Positions 7,985-17,612 of a stretch of 40,442 nucleotides of DNA are shown here, piece after piece; position 1 is the first letter of the stretch, and every line of letters begins with the position of its first letter. The notes beneath the pieces were generated by a model. It did not search any database. It was not told the DNA's origin and was given only the letters and a program-made list of their open reading frames with translations. A program made the position numbers and the translations under genes. Where the stretch lies: contig JAQXHW010000014.1 of assembly GCA_029007475.1 (NCBI GenBank), positions 1-40,442 of the forward strand. The letters are read 5' to 3'. Origin of the DNA: Oscillospiraceae bacterium. Its GTDB lineage: Bacteria; Bacillota; Clostridia; Oscillospirales; Acutalibacteraceae.

Positions 7985-10900
7985 TTATTTGTAGTTATAC
8001 GTGCTTACTGTCCATTTACCTGAGGAGTTTGAAACAAGGTAGAAGCCTATTCCGTCCTCAACTCCTGAGGTAATATCCACGGTCTGCTCGCCGTTTCCGT
8101 TATTGAAAATTATATTTGGGAAGGATTTATCAATAGTAATGCAGTAAACCTGTTCGCCCATATCATTCTCTCCAACGTAGGTCATTGCCTCGCCGGGCCA
8201 GTCTGTGCCGGCGCCGCCCTCAATCCAGTAGTGGACGTTGACGGTTTCCCAACCCTTGTTGTTGCTGAAATAGATAGTCTTTGTGTTTGTGGGGGTATCT
8301 CCGCCGCCAAAGCCTGAGAAATCACCCTTTGTCAGCTCAAGCACTACTGTGTTATAGGTTACGTTATTCTGACTCTGTCCGTGTGCCTGAGACATATTTC
8401 TGTCGTACCAGTTAGCGGTATCGTACTTAACGGTAATCTCGTGAGCACCCTTTTTAAGCGAAAGCGTCAGATGCGTGCTAAGCTGATTACTAAAGCTCAT
8501 TGCAGGGAATGTAAGAGTGCCGACCTCTGCGCCATCGACATATACTGAGCGGATAGCCGCGGTTATACCTGCAGTGGGGTCGCCCAGGTTGCTATGAAGT
8601 ACAGAAAGCTCATAGGTACCGTCTACGGGCACATTCACGGTAACTGTGAGAGGTTTGGGATTTGAAGCGTTATCCACCCGGTTATTAGCATTTACTGTTA
8701 TCTTTGAGCCTGGGGGGTTGTAGGAAATGGGCTTTGAAAGCTCAGACCATATACCGGTTGTCTTATCAACTGCAATTACTGAGTAACAGCCGTACTTACC
8801 TTCATCAATCTGGTAGGTGTTTCCTGTAACGTCAACATACTCGGAGCCTGTCCATACCTTGTAGGTACAGTTAGCGTCTGCCGTCCAGGTGAGAGTACCG
8901 CCTGAGTTTCTGACATTGGGAGCGGTGGGAGCCTTGGCGGTGTTCTCGTCCTTTAGATTGATTTTGTAAGAGGCGCCGCTGTCCTCAACAAAGATTTCGA
9001 TTGTATATTCGCCCTCGGCATCTGCAGGGAACACGTAATCCGCAGGCTTTTCCTCACCGTTTACATAGATTGAAGATACTGTGTCACCGTCGCCAATCAG
9101 GTGCATATTAAGGGTTGCGTTTCTGTACTTATAATTTGTAACTGTGAAGGGGCCCTCCATCCAATCGGGAACATAGGGGTCGAAGGTAATACCCTCGGTT
9201 GTATACTCCATACCGTAAAGAACTCTGAAATAACCTGCCATAGTAGCGGCTATTGACCAAAGCTGCTGAGTGGAGTGTAAGCCCTTGCCCGTTTCGTAGT
9301 CGATAACCTCATAGTTTGTAAGGCAGCCAGCTGCACCGCGAACGCAGGAGTTCCAAATTTCCTCAGCAAGCAAATTGTTTTCGTTTTTATTGTTTACAGC
9401 GCCAATCATAAGAATTGCTTCCCATCCGGGCCATACGCCGCTGTCGTGATATTTATAATCCGTCCAACGCTGTGCGTTTTTCTGAGGATAAACCGTGTTT
9501 GCACCAAAGTTTACTAAGGTATAGTTCTCCATAATGGAGTTAATCATTTCATCACTGCCGATGTTGTACCATACCGCGTAGCCGTTGCCTAAAACGTCCT
9601 GCTTATATGAGAGGGGCGAGCCCATGAACTCAGGATATTCCCAAGATGCGTAGGTACCTAAATCCTCGCTCCAGAGTCTTTCTGTAATAGCCTTTTCAAG
9701 CTCTGCGGCTAAATCTGCCCAAGCCTTGCTCTCTTTCTCACCCTTGCCTAAAATATCGGCTGACTGTGAAAGAATCTTCATTGCCTGGCAGAAAATGATA
9801 TTTGTTGAGGTTGCCTTGCTCTCGGCAATATTGACGATACCGTTTTGGTCGTCCTCGCCTGTCCAGTCGCCGTAGGTCTTGTCTCTGTGGTCAAGACCGC
9901 AGGTTTCGCCCTTAAATAGACCCGATACCTCGTCATAAACTACCTCGTAGTCCTGCTTAATAGTATTAGAGGCTACGTTGTAGAAATATTCAAGAGTTTC
10001 CTTGTTACCGTCGGCAAGATAGGTTTCCCAAACGGCAAGCATCATAATCATTCTGTCGGTGGAAACAGGATAGGAGCCGCCGGTACCTGTATCCTCCTCG
10101 AAGGTCAGGTTGCCGTCTTTGCCTACGACCTTAGCTTTTGCGCAGTTTGTTGAAATCTCGGGGAACAACCAGGAGAGAATGTACTGCATGGAGATAGCCG
10201 TATCACGGGTCCAAACCTTTTGCCAGTTAGTACCCGTGTAGAATACATCCCCGAAGGCGGGGTCTGTATTAATGCTCTTGTAAATTTCCTCCATGGTCAG
10301 GTTATATGCTGCCTCGGCAAGAGGAGTGTTGGGAGCATAGAAGGAGGGAGAGCCTGAAATATCCTCGGTTAAGGTCCACTCTCTGTCGGAGCCTGTCTCG
10401 CTTGACAGAATGTGAGTACCGGTGTTTGCAACAACTCTCGAGTCATTCTCGGTAAGGCCGTTCGCAAAAAGCTCATAATCGTAAGCGGAGCTTACGTTTA
10501 CGGAAGCACCCTTGTAGGCCGTGTTGCCCTCCGCCATAATCATATTTATCTCTGCTTCTGCGGGGAATTCAAAGAAGAATCCGAAAGAATAAAGGTCATC
10601 AAAACTAAAGGTTGTAACGCTCTGTGCGTCGTTCTGAGAGGATGTGCCCTTAAGCTCAACTGATTTTCCGGAAGCAGTTGTAAGCGTCATGGTTGCGGGA
10701 ACTGCGCCCGTAGTGCTTACAAAGGAAACCTTGTTAAGCGTAACCTCTGTGTCAAAGCCTAATCCGAATTTATCGGCGGCTAAGGTAAAGTAGGGATACT
10801 CGGCGGCTTTCTGCCAACCCTCATGGGTGGTTACATAGCCCTCAAGGGAGATATCCTTAAAGGTAGTTTCTGTGTTCTTCTTTCCTAAGATTTCAAGGGA

Positions 10901-12511
10901 AATATCCTCGGCGGTTTCAGCCTTTACCCAAAGTACCGTATGGGCTTTCGAGAGCTTAACCGTCTTTCTCACGTTAGCCTTAATATCGGTAACGGCAGTC
11001 TTTGTACCGTCGCTTAAAATAATATCAAGGGAGGCTATATCTTTTTTGGATGTGACGCCAAGCTCGGTAATAATAAACTCCGTTTTGAAACGGGTAACAA
11101 GGCTATCCTCCTGAATTTCATATCCCATTTTCTCAACATTGGGAATATACTTAATGGATAATGCGTCCGCATTAAGCCCCTCGGACTGAGCCTCAACAAA
11201 GATTTCGGTGATACCGTCCATAACCAGAGTAGCCTTATTTCCGGAAATCATGTTTTCTCTGTCCGTGCCTATCTTTGCCTGAGCGGCAACGGCTCTTGCG
11301 GCGGGCACCTTAACAGGCTCCCCTATGGGAGTTGAAACAGGCTGCTGTGCGACATATTTCTGAATAGCCGTTGCGTCCTTAATATTTACCTCTGCGTTTT
11401 GGTCTGCATCAGCGGCAATGAGCGCTTCCCCTAAAAGTGCAGAAACGTTTGCGCTGTGCTTCTGAATAGCTGTTGCGTCTTTGACGTTAACCTCGCCGTT
11501 TTGGTCGGCATCGCCTAAAGTTACGGTTTTGCCGGGAAACTCACCTGCACACAGCGAAACCTCATAAACGCCGGGAGTTTCGGGATTTACAAAGAGAGAT
11601 ACATATTCGCCTGCCTTAGGAGCGGTAAATACTCCGTCCTTAACCAAAGCAGTATCGGAGATTGAGTCGTAACCCTCAAAGCTAATGTTAGTACCTGCTT
11701 CGGTAACTGCATCAGCATAGTTAGTTACAGGCTCGATTGAGATTCTATCTACGTTATAGGTGCCTGAAGTGTTTTCAACGGTAATTCTGTTGTAGCCGGG
11801 CTCTAAGGTCTTAGTGAAAACCATAGACTTATATTTCTGCCACGCACCTGTTGAGGTGAAGTTTGCCTTAGCACACTCGCTGCCTATGATGAAATTATAT
11901 GCGCCGTCATCACTCATAGAGGCAACATTTACGGTAAATCGGTAGGTAGCCGACTTGTTGCCTGAAACCGTTACACCGTAGCTGAGGCTGTCGCCCTTGT
12001 TGAAGTCACCAACATACTTTCCGCTTGAGGCAGCTACGTCGGAAAGCACAGCAACCTCGCCTAAGGCAAAGGTGTAGTTTTCGGCCTCAATAGTGAGGGC
12101 TGAGCTGCCTAAGGTAAAGTCGGATTTGGTATTCATAACCTCGTAATACTGCTTATTTCTGTTAAGGTCAGCAGTGAACTTAACGATTGAGTCAGAGTCA
12201 AGGTTAATAATTGCATTGTTCCGGTTATCGGCAGGGTCGCCCAAGCCTACTGACCAGGAGGGAGTACCAACCTTGTACTCATATTGACTGCCGGTCATAG
12301 AAATAACCAGGGTGTAGATGTTATTACCCTCAGCCACGAACTTGTAATTCTCATCGCAGTTCCAACCGTTCATACTGCCGCGAAGGTAAATGCCTTCCTC
12401 TGCGCCTGCAAAAGCACTGAGAATTCCCGCCACAGGCAAAGAAGCAGATAAGAGAAGCAAGCTGAGCAGGAGGCTCAAAAATCTCAAAGCCGAATGTTTT
12501 TTTGCTTTCAT
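7985..12511 (-). CDS. Secreted multimodular glycoside hydrolase: X25-like + CBM6/35-like modules, internal dockerin, (alpha/alpha)6 MGH1/amylo-alpha-1,6-glucosidase-like catalytic domain, CBM35-like and C-terminal CBM26-like modules
   Basis: Signal peptide; YLRGSMNGW; IEAENY; dockerin GDADQNGEVNVKDATAIQK...ADADQNAEVNIKDATAIQK; VWTRD, DTGTGGSYPVSTDR and QLWS; C-terminal IYFSNNKGW..V..HYW...WPG. Start placed at ATG 12511 after GAAAGGA. Confidence 0.75.
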   Translation of the reverse strand: MKAKKHSALRFLSLLLSLLLLSASLPVAGILSAFAGAEEGIYLRGSMNGWNCDENYKFVAEGNNIYTLVISMTGSQYEYKVGTPSWSVGLGDPADNRNNAIINLDSDSIVKFTADLNRNKQYYEVMNTKSDFTLGSSALTIEAENYTFALGEVAVLSDVAASSGKYVGDFNKGDSLSYGVTVSGNKSATYRFTVNVASMSDDGAYNFIIGSECAKANFTSTGAWQKYKSMVFTKTLEPGYNRITVENTSGTYNVDRISIEPVTNYADAVTEAGTNISFEGYDSISDTALVKDGVFTAPKAGEYVSLFVNPETPGVYEVSLCAGEFPGKTVTLGDADQNGEVNVKDATAIQKHSANVSALLGEALIAADADQNAEVNIKDATAIQKYVAQQPVSTPIGEPVKVPAARAVAAQAKIGTDRENMISGNKATLVMDGITEIFVEAQSEGLNADALSIKYIPNVEKMGYEIQEDSLVTRFKTEFIITELGVTSKKDIASLDIILSDGTKTAVTDIKANVRKTVKLSKAHTVLWVKAETAEDISLEILGKKNTETTFKDISLEGYVTTHEGWQKAAEYPYFTLAADKFGLGFDTEVTLNKVSFVSTTGAVPATMTLTTASGKSVELKGTSSQNDAQSVTTFSFDDLYSFGFFFEFPAEAEINMIMAEGNTAYKGASVNVSSAYDYELFANGLTENDSRVVANTGTHILSSETGSDREWTLTEDISGSPSFYAPNTPLAEAAYNLTMEEIYKSINTDPAFGDVFYTGTNWQKVWTRDTAISMQYILSWLFPEISTNCAKAKVVGKDGNLTFEEDTGTGGSYPVSTDRMIMMLAVWETYLADGNKETLEYFYNVASNTIKQDYEVVYDEVSGLFKGETCGLDHRDKTYGDWTGEDDQNGIVNIAESKATSTNIIFCQAMKILSQSADILGKGEKESKAWADLAAELEKAITERLWSEDLGTYASWEYPEFMGSPLSYKQDVLGNGYAVWYNIGSDEMINSIMENYTLVNFGANTVYPQKNAQRWTDYKYHDSGVWPGWEAILMIGAVNNKNENNLLAEEIWNSCVRGAAGCLTNYEVIDYETGKGLHSTQQLWSIAATMAGYFRVLYGMEYTTEGITFDPYVPDWMEGPFTVTNYKYRNATLNMHLIGDGDTVSSIYVNGEEKPADYVFPADAEGEYTIEIFVEDSGASYKINLKDENTAKAPTAPNVRNSGGTLTWTADANCTYKVWTGSEYVDVTGNTYQIDEGKYGCYSVIAVDKTTGIWSELSKPISYNPPGSKITVNANNRVDNASNPKPLTVTVNVPVDGTYELSVLHSNLGDPTAGITAAIRSVYVDGAEVGTLTFPAMSFSNQLSTHLTLSLKKGAHEITVKYDTANWYDRNMSQAHGQSQNNVTYNTVVLELTKGDFSGFGGGDTPTNTKTIYFSNNKGWETVNVHYWIEGGAGTDWPGEAMTYVGENDMGEQVYCITIDKSFPNIIFNNGNGEQTVDITSGVEDGIGFYLVSNSSGKWTVSTYNYK

Positions 12512-12550
12512 GCACCTCATCCTTTCAAAGTTATAAAAATCGTACAGTTA

Positions 12551-12579
12551 ATTGTAACATATTGTAAGTTTTTTATCAA
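12551..12579 (-). promoter_or_regulatory. Putative sigma-A promoter of the glycoside hydrolase gene
   Basis: TTGATA-17 bp-TACAAT with an extended TG. Confidence 0.55.
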
Positions 12580-12586
12580 TACTCCC

Positions 12587-12626
12587 AAAAATATTTGATA
12601 ATACATAAAAATATTTGATAATACAT
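12587..12626. repeat. Perfect 20-bp tandem duplication
   Basis: AAAAATATTTGATAATACAT occurs twice in tandem. Confidence 0.9.
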
Positions 12627-12702
12627 AAATAACCGCCCTTCCATATTGAAAAGACGGTTTCAAGCTATGTTATTAGCCGTGTTATAGATAAATTTTGAGG
12701 AA

Positions 12703-13218
12703 TTAGGAAAGTCTATCGCAAATAAAGGGCACAACTGCGTCCTTTTTTATATCAAGAGAAAAAGCAAAGGCTTCACAAATAAGCTTAAAGGCAGCCTGCA
12801 TAGTGCGCTCATCATGGGCAAAAAACTTTTTCTTAGCCCTCAGAGCTTCTTCTTTTTGCAAGCTAAGAAGAAAGTAAGCGGAAATAAGGCGAGGTAAGCT
12901 ATCCTCCTGCATTAGCTCGTCGAAATACTTAAACCGCTCAGCGACTTCCTCTTTCCATACCACATCCGCACTTTTGCTCTCGTCAATAACCGCAAGGGCT
13001 TCCTCATAGGTAAAAGGGGAAGTCATCAGACTTACAAGTACCTCGGAGTCAGTCGGTACATAGACAGCAGATCTGTCATCATACACAGATTTAAGCACAT
13101 AGTATGACTTTTTAGTTCCGCAGATTTTTTCTTCCTTAATATCCACAATTTCATACACACAATGCTTCTTGTAGACTATGTACTCCCCTATCTTACGGGG
13201 AAAGTTCTCCTTATCCAA
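12703..13218 (-). CDS. CarD-family transcription factor
   Basis: N-terminal IGEYIVY..H.V.EI.DI.E....G....YYVL....VYVP matches the CarD/TRCF RNAP-interacting domain; helical C-terminus with a Trp. Confidence 0.75.
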   Translation of the reverse strand: MDKENFPRKIGEYIVYKKHCVYEIVDIKEEKICGTKKSYYVLKSVYDDRSAVYVPTDSEVLVSLMTSPFTYEEALAVIDESKSADVVWKEEVAERFKYFDELMQEDSLPRLISAYFLLSLQKEEALRAKKKFFAHDERTMQAAFKLICEAFAFSLDIKKDAVVPFICDRLS

Positions 13219-13397
13219 AATGATACCCTCATCTCACTATGTTTCTGATTATATTATATCTTATTTCTACAAATTTTTCAAAGGATAATTTCAACAAAAT
13301 TTGACAATTTTACTTAGATTTTATTATCTTTTACAAAAACTCTCTTTCAAATATAAATTATGTGTGATAATATATAATTGTATTAGTATATTGTTAG

Positions 13398-13453
13398 GGA
13401 AGCACTGATTAAATCGTTTGCACATCTTCAGATGTGATTTATTCAGTGGTTCC
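13398..13453. mobile_element. MITE-like element, short copy (56 bp)
   Basis: Imperfect TIRs GGAAGCACTGATTAAAT / ATTTATTCAGTGGTTCC, flanked by TTAG on both sides; second copy at 37882-37997. Confidence 0.75.
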
Positions 13454-13486
13454 TTAGTATCTTAATCTCTCTTATGGAGGCAAAAT

Positions 13487-14158
13487 ATGATTTACTTCGT
13501 TGAAGACGACGATAACATCCGCGAGCTTGTGGTCTATACCTTGGACTCCGTAGGCATGAAAGCTAAGGGCTTTCCAAGCCCCGAAAAATTCTGGGAGGCA
13601 ATGGGTGAGGCTACCCCCTCTATGGTACTTCTCGATATTATGCTGCCGGGTGAGGACGGACTCTCAATACTAAAAAAGCTCCGCTCTGAAAAGACAACTA
13701 AAAAGCTGCCTATAATCATCCTCACCGCGAAGGCTGATGAATACGACAAAGTAAAGGGCTTCGACTTAGGAGCCGACGACTATGTACCCAAGCCCTTCGG
13801 TATGATGGAGCTTGTCGCACGTATTAAGGCAGTCCTCAGGCGAAGCGATACCGCCGCAGAAATTCCCGATAAATACGAGATAGGTCCTTTAACCGTTTCT
13901 CCCGAAAAACACAAGGTTAAGGTAAACGGCGAGAAAATTACCCTCACCTTCAAGGAATTTGAAATGCTCTGCTATCTTCTTGAAAACCGAGATATGGTAC
14001 TCTCCCGTGACCAGATTCTTAACCATGTCTGGGGATACTCCTTCGACGGAGAAAGCCGTACGGTTGACGTTCATATAAGGACTCTCCGCCATAAATTAGG
14101 CGAAGCGGGCGACCTTATTACCACCGTACGCGGAGTAGGCTACAAAATAGGAGAATGA
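13487..14158 (+). CDS. OmpR/PhoB-family response regulator (PhoB/PhoP-like)
   Basis: VEDD, LLDIMLPG, GADDYVPKPF, RTVDVHIRTLR and TVRGVGY motifs; adjacent to a kinase and a phosphate transporter. Confidence 0.9.
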   Translation: MIYFVEDDDNIRELVVYTLDSVGMKAKGFPSPEKFWEAMGEATPSMVLLDIMLPGEDGLSILKKLRSEKTTKKLPIIILTAKADEYDKVKGFDLGADDYVPKPFGMMELVARIKAVLRRSDTAAEIPDKYEIGPLTVSPEKHKVKVNGEKITLTFKEFEMLCYLLENRDMVLSRDQILNHVWGYSFDGESRTVDVHIRTLRHKLGEAGDLITTVRGVGYKIGE

Positions 14159-14165
14159 ACTAACT

Positions 14166-15494
14166 ATGAAAAAAAGAATTTTCAGAGGTACGTTTTTCAC
14201 AACAGTCACCGTATTCTTTATCTGCTCACTCATAATCTCCGCAATTTTTTACAGCTACTATACATACCGGAAAAAAGTAACTCTTGAGACGGAGCTTTCC
14301 TATCTTATTCACATGGCAGAGGAACACGGTATTGACCATATTGAAGCCCTTCACACCGCAGACAGAATCCGCATATCCGACAAGGACGGAAACCTCCTGA
14401 TAAACGGTAAAAACTGTCACTATACAGAAAACTTCAAGGAATCTGAGGAGTTCGAAAAAGCAGCCTTCGGGAGTATCGGCTACGTCAACAGGTTTGAGAG
14501 CATAACCCGCAATCAGCCCTGCGTCTACGAAAAGCTTTCAAACGGCTCTGTAATCTGCCTTTACGATACCCAGTATTCCTATCCCTCCCTGCTGCTTTCC
14601 ATGCTCCCGTATATGATAGGAGTAATGCTGATAGCCGCAGTAATTTCCCTTATTCTCAGCAAACGGCTTTCAAACAGTATACTAAAGCCCGTAGACGCCC
14701 TGAATTTGGAAAATCCCAAAAAGGAGACTATCTACCCTGAGTTCCACCCATTTATCGACAAGATAAACAGGCAAAACGAGCAGCTTCATCTCCAGCTTTC
14801 CGAGCTTGCAAAAGAACATAAGGAGCAGGATAAGATGCGCCGGGAGTTCACCGCAAATGTATCTCATGAGCTTAAAACTCCTCTTACCTCTATCTCAGGC
14901 TACGCGGAAATAATCCAAAACGGACTTGTTAAGGATGGGGACGTAAAGGTATTTGCAGGCAGAATTCACGACGAAAGCCAGCGAATGATTACCTTAGTGG
15001 GAGATATCATAAAGCTCTCACAGCTTGACGAAAACGAGATAAGCGTTAAGAATGAACGTATTAACCTCACCGACTGCACCAACGCAATTATCTCAAGCCT
15101 TGAACCTCTGGCAAAGGAAAAGAACGTATCCGTTACCCTTAAGGGAGATAACGCGGAAATCACCGGACCGGAAATTATCGTTGAAGAGATTATCCACAAT
15201 ATTTTGAGCAACGCTATTAAGTATAACAAGGAAAACGGCTCGGTAGAAATCAAAATACGTCAATGCGTAGACGGTGTTGAATACTCTGTTAAGGACACAG
15301 GCATCGGCATCCCCGAAAAGGACTTAGAGCGTGTATTTGAACGATTCTACCGCGTTGACAAGAGCCATTCAAAAGAAATCGGCGGCACAGGTCTCGGGCT
15401 TTCAATTGTAAAGCACGGCGCAAAATTCATGGGTGCTTCCGTTTCAATCCAGAGTAAAGAGGGCGTCGGTACCACCATTAGAATCCTTTTTTGA
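14166..15494 (+). CDS. Sensor histidine kinase (PhoR-like)
   Basis: Two TM helices; EFTANVSHELKTPL, NAIKYN, DTGIGI and FERFYRVDKSHS...GGTGLGLSIV motifs. Confidence 0.9.
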   Translation: MKKRIFRGTFFTTVTVFFICSLIISAIFYSYYTYRKKVTLETELSYLIHMAEEHGIDHIEALHTADRIRISDKDGNLLINGKNCHYTENFKESEEFEKAAFGSIGYVNRFESITRNQPCVYEKLSNGSVICLYDTQYSYPSLLLSMLPYMIGVMLIAAVISLILSKRLSNSILKPVDALNLENPKKETIYPEFHPFIDKINRQNEQLHLQLSELAKEHKEQDKMRREFTANVSHELKTPLTSISGYAEIIQNGLVKDGDVKVFAGRIHDESQRMITLVGDIIKLSQLDENEISVKNERINLTDCTNAIISSLEPLAKEKNVSVTLKGDNAEITGPEIIVEEIIHNILSNAIKYNKENGSVEIKIRQCVDGVEYSVKDTGIGIPEKDLERVFERFYRVDKSHSKEIGGTGLGLSIVKHGAKFMGASVSIQSKEGVGTTIRILF

Positions 15495-15549
15495 CAGCAT
15501 TTTCTCATGAAAAATTACATTTCTCCCTAAACTTTAGTCAAATACACTA

Positions 15550-15577
15550 AAAAGCGACGGATTTTACCGCCGCTTTT
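15550..15577 (+). terminator. Probable terminator after the kinase gene
   Basis: AAAAGCGACGG-ATTTTA-CCGCCGCTTTT stem with one mismatch. Confidence 0.6.
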
Positions 15578-15595
15578 CTTTATGCCAAAACACCT

Positions 15596-15652
15596 GATTT
15601 AACATAGATTTAACATTTCTCTCCCCTTGATTTAACATTGTTTTGGTACATT
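15596..15652 (+). promoter_or_regulatory. Pho-box-like direct repeats and extended -10
   Basis: GATTTAACAT three times, with TTTAACA at 15598, 15609 and 15631 (11-bp phasing), then TG-G-TACATT; no clear -35. Confidence 0.75.
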
Positions 15653-15716
15653 AAATTCATGTTAATATGGAAATCGGTATATAAATTACGCAGACTGCGA
15701 AAGGTTGTGTTACTTC

Positions 15717-17510
15717 TTGGGCCTATCATCGGTATTTAACATGATTACAGGTCTTGCCCTCTTTCTTTTTGGAATGCAGGCAATGGGCGACTCTCTCAAG
15801 CGAGTTGCCGGAAACAAGCTGGAAAATATACTTTGGAAGCTCTCATCAACGCCCATTAAAGGCGTAGCTCTGGGTGCAGGCGTTACCGCTGTTATCCAGT
15901 CCTCGTCCGCTACCTCATGTATGGTAGTCGGCTTCGTAAACTCAGGTATTATGACTATTGCTCAGGCAATAGGTATCATCATGGGTGCTAACATCGGTAC
16001 CACCGCCACAGGCTGGATTTTAACCCTCTCCTCTATTGACGGCGGCGGCGAAGCCTGGTGGGCAGATTTACTCTCCACCGCCTTTATCTGCGCTATCTTC
16101 GCCCTTATCGGTATTCTTTTTAAGATGCTCTCTAAAAAAATGTCGGTACGTTATACAGGCGATATTCTCTTAGGCTTTGCAATCCTCATGACCGGTATGA
16201 AGCTCATGAGCTCTGCTATGTCAGGTCTTAAGGACAGCCCAATGTTCTCAGACATGATGCAGACCTTCTCCAACCCTCTCCTGGGTGTTTTAGCCGGTAC
16301 GGTTATCACCGCCGTTTTGCAGAGTGCGTCCGCTTCAATCGGTATCCTGCAGGCTCTTGCAATTTCCGGCGCAGTCACAAACGACGTTGCGCTTTACCTT
16401 ATTATCGGTATGTGTATCGGTGCTTCCATGCCCGTGCTTCTTTCCGCTATCGGTGCAACCACCAACGGTAAGCGCGCTTCAATTATCTACCTTATCTTTA
16501 ATACCTTCGGCGCTTTAGTTCTCACCCCAATATGCTGGGGGCTTGACTCCATCTTTAACTTCCAATTTATGGACGATCCTACGAACGCCATAAGTATTGC
16601 CATTATCAACACCTTGTTCAACACGGCAACCACTATTATCCTCATACCCTTTGTGGGAGTATTCGAAAAGCTGATATGCACCCTTATTAAGGACAAGAAA
16701 ACCGACCACACCGCAGATACTCTGGACCGCTTGGAGGACCGCTTCCTCACCCACCCGGGTATTGCTCTTGAGCAGAGCCGCGAGGTACTTATGACTATGG
16801 CTGAAAAAGCTCAGCGTAACCTAAAGCGTTCCATTGCTCTTATTAAAAACTATAACACAGAAGAATACGACGTTGCCCTTGCAAAGGAAGAGGTAATCGA
16901 CAGCTACGAGGACAAGCTGGGCACCTACCTCGTTAAGTTAACAGGTATGCCTCTTAACAAGGCTCAGAGCCGTGAGGTATCAAAGTTCCTGCACACAATC
17001 GGTGACTTTGAACGTATTGCCGACCACGCCGTAAATATCTCTCACGTTGCAAAAGAAATTAACGAAAAAGAGCTTGTTTTCTCTCACGAAGCAAATAAAG
17101 AGCTTGATATTCTCGCAAGCGCCGTTGAAGAAATTGTAGATCTTTCAGTTTCTGCTTTTGAGAATAACAACTTAAGCGAAGCATTCAAGGTTGAGCCTTT
17201 AGAGGAAACCATTGATATGCTCTGTGATGAACTTAAGCTTCGCCATATTCAGCGAGTTCAAAACGGAAACTGCACCCTGAATCAAGGCTTCGTATTCTCC
17301 GACTTAATCACCAACTATGAGCGTATTGCTGACCACTGCTCAAATATCGCAGTTGCCCTCATCGAGCTTGACAACGACGAGTACGATATCCACGCATACT
17401 TAAGCGATATCAAAGAGCACAAGAGTCCCGAATTCATACGCAGGTACGATGAATACAAAGAAAAGTATTCCCTTGATAACATAAAAACCGTAACTGTTTC
17501 GGTAGGCTAA
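15717..17510 (+). CDS. Na/Pi cotransporter family protein with C-terminal PhoU-like domain
   Basis: TAVIQSSSAT, IMGANIGTT, second repeat TAVLQSASAS, and DFERIADHA / NYERIADHCSN. Start is TTG 15705 or 15717. Confidence 0.92.
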   Translation: MGLSSVFNMITGLALFLFGMQAMGDSLKRVAGNKLENILWKLSSTPIKGVALGAGVTAVIQSSSATSCMVVGFVNSGIMTIAQAIGIIMGANIGTTATGWILTLSSIDGGGEAWWADLLSTAFICAIFALIGILFKMLSKKMSVRYTGDILLGFAILMTGMKLMSSAMSGLKDSPMFSDMMQTFSNPLLGVLAGTVITAVLQSASASIGILQALAISGAVTNDVALYLIIGMCIGASMPVLLSAIGATTNGKRASIIYLIFNTFGALVLTPICWGLDSIFNFQFMDDPTNAISIAIINTLFNTATTIILIPFVGVFEKLICTLIKDKKTDHTADTLDRLEDRFLTHPGIALEQSREVLMTMAEKAQRNLKRSIALIKNYNTEEYDVALAKEEVIDSYEDKLGTYLVKLTGMPLNKAQSREVSKFLHTIGDFERIADHAVNISHVAKEINEKELVFSHEANKELDILASAVEEIVDLSVSAFENNNLSEAFKVEPLEETIDMLCDELKLRHIQRVQNGNCTLNQGFVFSDLITNYERIADHCSNIAVALIELDNDEYDIHAYLSDIKEHKSPEFIRRYDEYKEKYSLDNIKTVTVSVG

Positions 17511-17560
17511 AGAATCTATGCCTACCCCTTTGTTTGACTTTGACGAAGCAGTCAAACTTC

Positions 17561-17612
17561 ATAACAGCGAAAAAGCCGACGCACAAAAATGCGTCGGCTT
17601 TTTCGCTGTTAT
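17561..17612. terminator. Bidirectional terminator with a 23-bp perfect stem
   Basis: ATAACAGCGAAAAAGCCGACGCA-CAAAAA-TGCGTCGGCTTTTTCGCTGTTAT between convergent genes. Confidence 0.85.
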
